A stretch of DNA of 62,787 nucleotides, the filler included, from Squatina squatina (taxonomy: Eukaryota), in NCBI GenBank assembly GCA_031763465.1. It is 4 parts of 4 records of this genome, joined end to end, with 100 filler letters (N's around TTAATTAATTAA, not from the genome) between each part and the next. Parts side by side here need not be neighbours in the genome. Positions count along the whole stretch, not along the records: positions 29,836 to 48,838 come from JARFOE010000036.1; 3 more parts are not named here. One strand, given 5' to 3'. A program made the translations under genes and the position numbers. Below are positions 38,330-48,938 of the stretch, piece after piece (the first letter of the stretch is position 1; each line of letters begins with the position of its first letter). The notes under the pieces were generated by a model, which saw nothing but the letters and a program-made list of their open reading frames with translations, had not been told where the DNA came from and ran no database searches.

Positions 38330-39090
38330 CCTACCTGTTCCAATGATACCTATGGTGGCCTACAAACCATGCACCACCATTAATGGTGAAATCAAATATG
38401 TTACACAGATATTAACACTGATGTCGATTTCAAGTGCTACTTAAAGGGACACTCACCACCTAAAGGTATACTCACCATTTCATGGTCATTGCAACTGGAG
38501 CTGTGAAGAGGATCCCTGAAACACATCAGGAGATGTTCTGGAACACTTTACTAAGACTTCACCAAGACTCTCAAAATTTATTCCAGAAATTCCCTGAGAA
38601 CTTCACCTAAATAGTGTAAGTGCTGTGCTACTCCACCTTATTGGACACCTTATAGAAGCCACCAGGAGAAAGGGAATGCTTGGTCATCGGCATCTTGTTA
38701 GGGGTCCTCCTTGGCCTGGATGAAGCATGGAAGGAGGACATGAGGCCAAGCAGAGTAGCACCAGTTGCTGCAGGAGAGAGGGACAGGAGGGCGAGAAGGG
38801 CAAAGTGGCATCCTTCCCTCCCTGCAGATACAGGACATCCCTATTCCTCTGGATCTCCTCTACCAGGATCTCCAGGGCCACAGCTGAGAACCTGTGCACC
38901 CTCTCCCATCCTGCAACATGCCGCAGTGTGCCAGCACACTCCACACCTTCAGTGGAAATGGGTGCAAGGAGCCCACATACACTGCTCTACGAAAATTGCG
39001 TCTAATCAGCACACGAGTGCTAAACCTACAGGTTTCTGGTTAGCATCTCCAGGCAAGTTGAAATTATGGTAATCAACAATTAGGCCCAAA
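38330..39090 (-). mobile_element. Degenerate PIF/Harbinger element with Myb/SANT-like ORF remnant
   Basis: ORF 38684-38944 RVHRFSAVALEILVEEIQRNRDVLY resembles the N-terminus of Harbinger Myb-like proteins; boundaries approximate. Confidence 0.6.
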
Positions 39091-39597
39091 ATTGTGTGCT
39101 GAATCTGGATTTTTAAACATGCTAGTCTTATTAGCACAGCACCCAGTTAGCATCTGTTTTCACCCTTTTGCCTAAATAATCCCCTATTTAACCATGTTGC
39201 TATGATGTTAGGTGCTTATTATTTCAGCTCCCAACATCATAACAATATGCTTATATTGCATCTGTACACCAGTAATAACATAATTCCTTATATTCACCCT
39301 TGTATCGCAAATAACTATTGCATGTTATTTGATTCAACCTGTTGTAAAAATGATGCAGAATGTCAGATACCAGATGGACCATATTGTGCAAATAAGCCAC
39401 TGTGTTTTTAGTACTACTGCGCTGAATTACTGCTTAAGCACATAAAATATGAGTGTTCTCTGATTTTCTATATTTTTATCAAGGATTTTGACTTCAACAT
39501 TGGCTTTTTGAGTCAATACTTAAAATGAATGTAGTTTACTCAGAAGCAGCGATACACAGAATTAATTTCCTCTGCTATTTATGATTTTCCGAACGTT

Positions 39598-39950
39598 TTA
39601 CAACAACAACATGCATTGATCTAGCACCTTGAACGTAGTAAAATGTCCCAAGGCGCTCCTGTGATCAGACAAAATTCGACACCGAGCCACATAAGGAGTC
39701 ACTAAGCTTGGTCAAAGAGGTGGGTTTTGAGGAGTATCTTAAAGGAGGAGAGAGCGAGGCGGAGAGGCAGAGGTTTAGGGAGTGAATTCCAGAGCTTAGG
39801 GCCGAGGCAGTTGAAAGCACGGCCGCCAATTGTGAAGGTTGTGGGAGATGGACGAGAGGCCACAGTTGGAGTAACGCAGAGATCTGAGTTGTAGGGCTAG
39901 AGGAGATTAGAGATAGGGAGGGTCGAGGCCATGGAGGGATTTGAAAGCAA
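39598..39950 (-). mobile_element. L2-type LINE 3' end
   Basis: Minus strand APPWPRPSLSL...LWNSLP-type remnant with a ttgggacattttactacgtt...atgcatgttgttgttg tail; homologous to 41645-42130. Confidence 0.8.
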
Positions 39951-40857
39951 GGTCCTATAGAAACAACCTGTGTCTCACGGGTGACCAGTTGCCGTTTTGA
40001 AATTTGGTTGGAAAGCTGACCTCCATCTTGGTCCAGTTTTAAACCCCTGAAAGAGAGGCAAATCTTCGCTCTTTCCATGGTGGACGTAAATACTTGTGTC
40101 ATCGCAGGGCAGTCCCGACACCATGAGTCAAGGTTGCTGGATGAGATGGGAAGAAGGGAGCAAATACCTGAGGAAAATGTAACCCTCCATGACGAAAAAG
40201 CAGTATCTCTTTGGGGCGTGTGTAGCTGCCTTTCCTTTCAATGTGAGGTGGGCGTGTGGCTCTGAGGGGACACAAAACGGGCCCAGAATGTGTTCAGAAA
40301 AGCACAGCACTGTCGCACCAAGCAAAGGTCAGTGTGCAGATTTTGGTGTCAACATTAATCTCTGGCGGTTTCGTAACTCGATCTCCTGCTATAATTAAAG
40401 ATAATTTGTTTATAATTAATCCCTGGTCCGGTTGAGTGTCACGGAGTTTGATGCCAAGGATTCTGGAGCATTTACTTATCCAAACGAGCGGCTTATTTGT
40501 TTCGAACAGGTGGCCTGTTGACAGCCCATTAACAGCAGACAGTACTCNNNNNNNNNNNNNNNNNNNNNNNNNNNNNNNNNNNNNNNNNNNNNNNNNNNNN
40601 NNNNNNNNNNNNNNNNNNNNNNNNNNNNNNNNNNNNNNNNNNNNNNNGAAGTCATGTTTGTTTCCACCTTTTAGTTCAAGAATCTGCCCCACAGTCTGAA
40701 TGGAAAATGTTGTGAAGCAAAAGGAGGAGTGACATTAGAATTATATACAAAGTAATTCATCAATACCCACTGCAGACAGGACGTCCCAGGCCAGATAGGT
40801 CGCTGTTCTGAGAGAGAGACCAACCTAGGGACAACTCAGCGGTTCCGGGAACGGTAG

Positions 40858-40942
40858 TTATGCCGCCTGCCTCTCCTCCATCATCTTCTTCCTCTTCAGC
40901 AGGCGCCTCTCCCTCTCGTACTCTTTCATACGCATCACATAA
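40858..40942 (-). CDS. NDUFB7: Complex I subunit NDUFB7 last coding exon ((D)YVMRMKEYERERRLLKRKKMMEERQAA*)
   Basis: Acceptor ctctctcgccccAG; phase matches the upstream exon (GA+T = Asp); TAA at 40860-40858. Confidence 0.95.
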
Positions 40943-41430
40943 CTGGGGCGAGAGAGAACATGAGGTTAGTGGGCTGGACTCTCCGCCCTGACTGAATGCA
41001 CCAAGACAAATGAACAGGGAATCTGCTGTTGGTTCAGGGAACTATATTTGAGTGTAGCTCCAAAGATGCCAGCAGCCCTCTGGTATCCTGCCCAAAAAGA
41101 CCATTCTTCGTGCCAATCTGGAAGCCGAGTACTGACTGGCTCTTGCGCCATGAGTGGGACACCACCCACTGGATCCTGTCACAAGATAGCAACCCACCGA
41201 CTAGAAGGCCTGGCTGAACGTTACGCTCTCTGGCCCAGTGGGGAAATTGGAAGTTGGACTGGACAGAGATCTGGGAACAAAGCAGGTGCCTTTCCTATTG
41301 CCTGTGGCTCAGCTCTGGCCACTGTGTTCACCAACTCATTACTGGGGGGGGTTAAACTAGGTGTGGACCAGGTAGACCACGCGCTACCCCAGACACAGAG
41401 CGAGCGCAGCAGGCAAAGGTGAACTCTTAC

Positions 41431-41599
41431 TCCTGGTGCTCGCAGTAATCCCAGTCGTGACGCTCGTGTTTACACTCCAGGAAGTTGGGCCACATGTCGC
41501 GCTTACACTTCAGGAACTTGATGAGGTAATGAGCACAGTAATCTCGCTGACTGAGGGGCAGCTGGGCATCATTCATCTCCTGCTGTGTCGCGATCATCA
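41431..41599 (-). CDS. NDUFB7: NDUFB7 penultimate exon with twin CX9C motif
   Basis: [55 protein letters not shown]; ctctctcAG acceptor and GTaaga donor. Confidence 0.96.
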
Positions 41600-41644
41600 C
41601 TGAGAGAGAGAAAAGCACACGGTCACTACATTAAATCCCAGGCA

Positions 41645-42130
41645 GACAATTGCATTTATATAGCACCTTTAATGTAGTAAAGCGTTCCAAGGTGCTTTAC
41701 AGGAGTGTTCTCAAACAAAATTCAGTTCCAATATTAGCACGGGGTTGGTCAAAGCAATATTTTTTTAAGTAGTGTCTTAGAGGAGAGACGGAGAGATTTA
41801 GGGAGGGAATTCCAGAGCTTCGAGCCCCAAGTAGCTGAAGGCACGGCCGTCAGTGGTGGAGCGATTAAATCAGGGATGCACGAGCGGCTAGAATTGGAGG
41901 AGGGCCGAGATCTCAGAGGGTTGCGGGACTGGAGGAGGTTACAGAGATAGGGAGGGGCGAGGCCATGGAGGGATTTGAAAACAAGGATGAGAATTTTAAG
42001 CATTGTGGCGTTGCCGGACCGGGAGCCTTTGTAGGTCAGAGAGCACAGGGGGTGATGGGTGAATGGGACTTGGTGCGAGTTAGGCTACGGGGAGCAGAGG
42101 TTTGGATCACCTCGAGTCGATGTTTTAAGT
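41645..42130 (-). mobile_element. L2-type LINE 3' fragment
   Basis: LKILILVFKSLHGLAPPYLCNLLQ...KLWNSLPKSLR and an aaaggtgctatataaatgcaa tail. Confidence 0.85.
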
Positions 42131-42659
42131 ATGGTAAACCTTCACGATCTTGTGGAATTCTATCAGGTCAAAGGTTACAGAGGGTGCAAGGCCAGGAGAG
42201 CATTGCAATAGTCGAGGCTGGAGGCAATTAAAACACTTAAAATAAAAATCATTCTGATTAACTCCTGTTACAGAATTCCGGCTCTTCATTGAACACTTCC
42301 CATCACTGTTTCTATTTACCAAATTGCTTTTTTCAGCGCTGTTGCTGACATTTACTTTAACAAGTCGATCTCCCGTGGTGTTGTACAAAGGGCAGGACTG
42401 CACCGTGTTTTACAAGGTCCATCGGGCCTGCCCCACACCATGGCTGGAGCATCGTGATCAGACACTTCCTACCCACCCCCACAGCCATGTGACCTGGAAA
42501 ACTCTCCGACTCCCCCAGGCACTCAAAACCAGTCCAGGAAATCACATGGACCAAGCGTTATCTATAAAGACACTTGACTTCCATATGATGCGATTGCTGC
42601 CCCAAGCTACTGCTGACGTACAGAGTCAGCACCCACCACACCATCCGTCAACACGTTCC

Positions 42660-43040
42660 AGAGGCTCACTACTCTCTAGGCTGACGCTCCCAGGGCAATA
42701 CTGAGGGAGAGGTGCGCTGCTTTGTCGGAGGGGCAACACCGGCAAAGCGCTGCGCTGCCGGGAGGGCAGTATTGAGGGAGCACTGCGCTGTCGGAGGGGC
42801 AGTATTGGGGGAAGTGCTGCACTGTCGGTGGTGCCGTCTTTCAGAAGAAACATTAAACCGATGCCCCATCTGTTCTCTCAGGTGGAAGTAAAAGATCCCA
42901 GGGCAGTATTCTGAATATGAGCAGGGTTATCCTCAGTGTCCTGGCCCATATTTATCCCTCAACCAACATCACTAAAAAAAAATTAAATGACCTGGGCATT
43001 ATCTCATTCCTGCTTGTGGGATCTTGCTGCGCACAAATCA
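42660..43040 (+). mobile_element. DeuSINE (SacSINE1-like) with internally amplified about 33-bp unit
   Basis: Deu-domain-like core gtgctgcactgtcgg.ggtgccgtcttt...ttaaaccg...caggtgga.gtaaaagatccca...tttatccctcaaccaacatcactaaa. Confidence 0.8.
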
Positions 43041-43509
43041 CACTGTAACTCAGCAATTCTGCTGCTAAGATGGAGCTATGTCCCTCTTACTGTTATTAAG
43101 TCAATACAGGCTCAGGTCAATCAGAGTTTATTTGGTGTTCAGTCAGGGAGCTGTGCCGACTGATGTCGAGCTGCGGGACAGAAGTACCCAGCATTTAAAC
43201 AACAGCTTTCTCTTTTTCTTCTGAAGATGATTTTGTGTCAGAAAGACGCTGAGACTGATGCACCTTACTGCTCTGCAATGTTCTTAATCATTCCTTTAAC
43301 TTGCCCTCGCCACCACTGACAATAGAACTTCACCCCAGTGTTAATCAGCTCCAAATACTCGGCCCAGAATCGAGCGCTGCTCTGCTGGCCGTTCTCACTC
43401 TTTCAGTGGACACAGATGAAGAATAAAACTCATCACATCTCTCAGAAAAGTCTCAAAGTGCTTAGCATTCAAAGAATTACTTTGAAATGTTTGGCATGTA
43501 GGCAAATGA

Positions 43510-43830
43510 GGCAGACATTATGCACATAGCAAGATCCCACACTGAATAACGAGTTAATGTACTTCGGTGTTTTTTTGTTGCAGGAGGAATGTCACCCAGG
43601 ACAGTGGGAGAACTGCCTGTCATTCTTCAGATAGTGTCTTGGAGGTTTTAGCATTTGCTTGAACGCCCACCAGAACAGGCAGGCAGGGATCAAAGCACAT
43701 GGGGCCTCGGTTTAATGTTTCATCCTAATGACAGCACTCCCTCAATACTGCAGAGGTGTGTCAACCTCGATTATACACTCAAGTCCTGGAGTGCGGCTTG
43801 AAAATACAACCTCCTGATTCAAGAGGCTGA
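43510..43830 (-). mobile_element. DeuSINE-like copy
   Basis: Reverse complement of cagtattgagggagtgctg...attaaaccgaggcccc...gtgggatcttgctatgtgca. Confidence 0.7.
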
Positions 43831-44472
43831 GCCAACCTGACACGTGTGTCTGACCGGAGATGGAAGCAAACTGGGATTTAATATTTAATTGCTGAGTGAG
43901 ACAGTTAATAATCATAAAGACGAAGGGCACAAAGTGATGTCAGAATAGCAGGTGCTCCTGATAGTATTTCAAATACCCCTTTGTCTAAAAGCCAACAGTT
44001 TAACCTTTTATGTGGTTTCAAAGATTTGAGAAGTTTCTTTTCACCACCTCTGGTAAATATCAGTAACACACATTTTCTCATTTTTTAGCACTCTATAGTT
44101 GCTGGACCTCATTCTCCTAAATATTTTGTGATAATAAAGCAGCACATGGATGTCGCGCCGAGTACGCAAGGGGTTAGTTGTGTTCTTCAACATCCCCTGG
44201 TTGTCAATCACTGTCACAAACATTACAGGTGAAAGCTATAATTTATATGGCCTTTATTTCTGAAAAAAAACCTAGCTTAGACGCACACATAGAGACTCTG
44301 CAAGGCAGAGTTCACTGTAGGAGGCTGATTAAATTATATCAATGTCCAACAGCTAAACTAACAAATACAATANNNNNNNNNNNNNNNNNNNNNNNNNNNN
44401 NNNNNNNNNNNNNNNNNNNNNNNNNNNNNNNNNNNNNNNNNNNNNNNNNNNNNNNNNNNNNNNNNNNNNNNN

Positions 44473-44601
44473 GGCTTAGTGGCGCTGTTGCCGTTCATGA
44501 AGTTTGGCCGGTATGGCGTGCAATGGCCAAAGACGTGGTGCTTCATCAGTGTGGACCCCAGGAGCCATTGGACAGAGGCCGCCTTTGCCCTGCTCTTCTC
44601 C
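44473..44601 (+). CDS. Prostanoid GPCR fragment, TM4-ECL2-TM5 (EP1/TP/EP3/FP clade)
   Basis: GLVALLPFMKFGRYGVQWPKTWCFISVDPRSHWTEAAFALLFS carries the prostanoid receptor signature LP..G.GRY..Q(W/Y)P.TWCF. Confidence 0.8.
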
Positions 44602-45066
44602 GAGATTGTGCAGTACTGCCAGAACCGGGTGTACTCCGTGTCGGAGCTCCAGAACAAGCTGTCGGAGCTGGGCCAGCAGGTGGGTGCGCGCATCCTGGAC
44701 GTGCTGGTGATGCGCGAGAAGAACGGCAAGCGCGAGACCAAGGTTATCAACGTGCTGCTCTTCATCAAGGTCAACGTGTGGAAGGCCCTGTTCGGCAAGG
44801 AGGCCGACAAGCTGGAGCAGGCCAATGACGACGACAAGACCTATTACATCATTGAGAAGGAGCCACTCATCAACGCCTACATCTCTGTGCCCAAGGAGAA
44901 CAGCACGCTGAACTGCGCCTCATTCACGGCGGGCATTGTAGAGGCCATCCTCTCGTACAGTGGCTTCCCGGCCAAGGTGACCGCCCACTGGCACAAGGGC
45001 ACCACCCTGATGATCAAGTTCGACGAGTCTGTCATTGCACGCGACAAAGCTTTGGATGGACGATAA
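44581..45066 (+). CDS. TRAPPC5: TRAPP complex subunit 5, lacking its native N-terminal ~27 aa
   Basis: AFALLFSEIVQYCQNRV...WKALFGKEADKLEQANDD...YISVPKENSTLNCASFTAGIVEA...GFPAKVTAHWHKGTTLMIKF...LDGR*. Confidence 0.96.
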   Translation, partial: AFALLFSEIVQYCQNRVYSVSELQNKLSELGQQVGARILDVLVMREKNGKRETKVINVLLFIKVNVWKALFGKEADKLEQANDDDKTYYIIEKEPLINAYISVPKENSTLNCASFTAGIVEAILSYSGFPAKVTAHWHKGTTLMIKFDESVIARDKALDGR

Positions 45067-45857
45067 AATGTTCGATTAATGTTTGGTGTCAATTTGACAC
45101 GTGTCGGTGCACACCCCCACCCCTCCTTTCACTGATCTTACCCTACCAACACCCCGCCCCACCCTGCCAAAGACCTCAAAGCAGGACTGTGCACTTCAGT
45201 TTGCAATGTTGAGATGACCTTGTCTCCACCCGTCCCCAGTTCCCAGCCCCCTGTTGAACATTGACCATTCCAAGTGTGCAAGATTCAACTCTGATTATGT
45301 TCTTTAACCGTCTCTCTCTCTCTGCTGATTCTGCCCTGCAGCAGCCTCCCTTTGTTCTGGGGCTGTACTGCTCTAAGTAGTCCCCCAAATAATGCTCGAT
45401 CCTCCCAATGTCTGATATTTATTAGCACAATCTGAAGTTGTACATGCAAGTTAGCATAACATATAAAAAGAGCTATAAAACCCAGGTCACAGAGATGGTG
45501 GTTTCTCCCGTCTCCGAGGCTTCCATGAGAGTTAAAGTTAGGAACCATCTCCATCCAGGTATTGGTTGGCATGGGGTCAACAGCACAGAAATTCCCTGAA
45601 TTCTGTGTCGATCTCACTGAGAGGGACCACCGTGCCGGGGGNNNNNNNNNNNNNNNNNNNNNNNNNNNNNNNNNNNNNNNNNNNNNNNNNNNNNNNNNNN
45701 NNNNNNNNNNNNNNNNNNNNNNNNNNNNNNNNNNNNNNNNNGGCCAACTCCTGCTCCTATTATGTTCTTTAGGTTCTTATGCTGGAGCCTGGGGTTGCCG
45801 AGAGATTTGAAACCACAGATCCCAGAGGAGTCAGTAAATCTTTCCCTCTGTCCCCAG

Positions 45858-46007
45858 GAATTTGGGAAATTCTTCCGGCAGAAGCACAAGAAGGAGATGT
45901 CGTGCACCACTCGCATGGAGTTTCTCAACGGCTGGTACATCCTGCTCAGCGTCAGCGACATTCTCACCACCTTGGGAACAATCATGAAGATAGGAATCGA
46001 GTCCAAG
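45858..46007 (+). CDS. MCOLN1: Mucolipin (TRPML) internal exon
   Basis: 150-nt phase 0/0 exon (tccccAG / GTaaag); [32 protein letters not shown] matches MCOLN1 [32 protein letters not shown]. Confidence 0.88.
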
Positions 46008-46311
46008 GTAAAGGAGGTGAACGCTGGCCGGACCGTGACTTCACCCAGTGTCGGCCCGGGTACAATTTGGTCAAAGGGTGGTTTAAATCATGCGGAAAGG
46101 GCAGCTTGACAGAATTACTGCCTTCAACACTTTTACAGTGAGATAACAACAGCTGGATGTTTTGTCAATTTCGCAATACTTTTTACTGGGTGCGAAGGTG
46201 AGGTGTGAGTGTCCTGTCCCGACATTCATCTCTCACCAAAAGCTGGTCATTTATCTGCACACTGGGTGTCGAATCGCTGCTTTGTAAATCTCCATAAAAC
46301 TTTGTCCCTCT

Positions 46312-46490
46312 CAGCTATGCCCTCTAGTATTTGACATTTCTACCCTGGGAAAAAGATTCTGACTGTCTACCCTATCTATGCCTCTCATAATTTTATAAAC
46401 TTCTATCAGGTCTCCCCTCAGCCTCCAACGCTCCAGAGAAAACAATCCAAGTTTGTCCAACTTCTCGTCATAGCCAATACCCTCTAATCC
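46312..46490 (-). mobile_element. CR1 LINE fragment
   Basis: YDEKLDKLGLFSLERWRLRGDLIEVYKIMRGIDRVDSQNLFPRVEMSNTRGH. Confidence 0.9.
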
Positions 46491-47139
46491 ACAGCATCCT
46501 GTGAGGGAGTGACCATTATGCTTGCAAGCCAGACATAGATCCTGCAGCCGTAGTTCATTCAGTAATTTGTCTTCTGAGACCACAATTTTAAAGCAATTGT
46601 AGTTCACCTCAGGAAATCGTTGCGTCATGAGATAGTGATCTGATGAAGATTGTACTCAGCACCTCAAAAATGGCTGCCATCAATCCCACAATTGTTAGCC
46701 ACAAGTTCTGCCTCCTACTACAAGGTGTGAACATTTAAGCTGTATGGCCTGGAATTTGTCTAGTGGCAACAAAACTAAACTCAAAAGCATGAAACCAGAA
46801 TCTTGAGAGGATGTTGTGGCAACATTTGATTTCTCTCTTCTTCCCTGAAGTCTCTCCACACATGGCACTGTTTACAATTCAGGGAGTAAGCAACTTTATT
46901 CAAGTACTGTATTAGTGCCAATAAAGGCAGTTTGTGTAAACATTGAGCTTCAAACTCAAATAATCCAATCAACCCAATATCCACACAATAACTAATTCTC
47001 TCTTCAAATTTCATTAAGCATCAACAGTTGTCAAAATATTGAAATGTTTGCTCAGGCACTTTCACTAAATACTGGGCTTAAACTGTTTTAACGACAATAA
47101 AAATAACTGGTTAATGCTATATCATACCTCTAGATACTA

Positions 47140-47280
<141 letters not shown>

Positions 47281-48838
47281 TCAGTGACATATTTCCTGAA
47301 TTTATCCTGGTTCAAGCAGGCCAGAGCAACTAACATCCCTGGGCCACCCAACCTCACCTTGCAGGAAAAGGTGAAATGAATTCACTGAAGAATTTGACAC
47401 TTGAGCCAGCAAGCAACAATTCCACAGAAAGCATCAGCAACTGGGTAAGTAATAAAAATTCCTGAATTGCTATCTCAAACTCAAAGGCATCTTTAATGGT
47501 GATGAAACTGGCCTTGTATGGAGGCTGCATCCAAAGGGAATGCTAACTTTCATCAACCAAAAACGTTCAGGTGGAAGAAAAGCTGAGCAGCAAATTACTG
47601 TCAGGGTTTGTACTAGCATGTTTGGGGGGAGAGAGTGGGTGCAGGGCGAAAGAAAGCTACTGCTGATTGGGAGTTGAGTTCCCCCTCTTCCCACCCCCCA
47701 TTGTTTTTATGGTGCTGCTACTCTGCCTGTGTGACCTACAGAAACAACAGAAAGGCATATGAATGGTGCTTCTTTTTGAGGAGCAGTTCTGTCACTTTGT
47801 CCAAAGCAGGATATCTCCAGGCAGAAAAGTCATGTTGATGGTTAGCAACTGTGGGCTTACATGAAGTGCCTGCGTTAGAATCCATTGGCACCAGCTTTCT
47901 CCACCCACCAAATTCAACCCACCAGCTGCATTGATTCCGCATGGGGAACAGACAGCCGACGCTGAAGCAGAAAACCTCTTGGAGTGCGAGTTCTCTGTTG
48001 CAACTGTCAGAAGACATGAAGTTTGAATCCATTTTGATTAAAATAGGACTGATGCAGGGTTATAACCCTTGCTCTTTTAAGTAAAATAGCATTGGGAAAC
48101 ACCTTTTTTTCCTATTTTGCATATGTTCAATTTTACATTGGCAGCAACTCACCTAAAAAAAATTGCCTGCCCAAACATTAAAATGAGTTCAGCCCATCCT
48201 GACCCCAGATATTCCAATGTTCCCAACAGTACCTGGAACTCCGCTAGTCTGTATGACTCAATAAGTGAGCCTTGGCAGTTTGATTGAGTAACACAATACA
48301 GTTTTCCTTCTCATTTTCCTGTGATATGCTTTCACATTTACTTAAAAAGAAGTAATTCCCAATCCCCTATGAATTAAACAATGTTTGCTATCTCTCCGTA
48401 GTTCTACTCACCAGATGTTTCCAGAAAAATACTTTGCCAGATGTTATATAGCGTGCTGCTTTTGAAAAAAAAAAGCTGAAAAGTCCCTTCAGTATTCAAA
48501 GAGTTAAATTATCAGGCTTTAAGAGGCATTTGTTCTGGCGCATTTTCAATTACACTGCTTCAGAACAAAGCACGAGCTTGGCTAATGAAGAGTTGAGATA
48601 ACTGGAAGTCAGTACTTACAATGTGAAATGTTCAGTGGACAGAAGCGTTGATTCTGATACTTGAGTGGTTTTGATAATCAAGGGTTGTGAGTGCGAAGAG
48701 GACCGTTCTTTAATATGTGCTACTCACCTACCATTTTTTGAATTGGCTTGTAGTCTTTTTATTCTGTTTTTGTCATGTTGAGGTAACAAATGGCTTTGTA
48801 AGCCTATGTTGTTCTAGGTAACCATAGTAATCAGAAGA

Positions 48839-48938
48839 NNNNNNNNNNNNNNNNNNNNNNNNNNNNNNNNNNNNNNNNNNNNTTAATTAATTAANNNNNN
48901 NNNNNNNNNNNNNNNNNNNNNNNNNNNNNNNNNNNNNN
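48839..48938. other. Artificial spacer: 44 N + TTAATTAATTAA + 44 N
   Basis: Linker at 48883-48894. Confidence 0.95.

Noticed and set aside
44178-44837. Alternative-frame and antisense ORFs (216 aa, 159 aa) over TRAPPC5
   Set aside because: They are shadows of high-GC3 coding sequence and cross an N gap.
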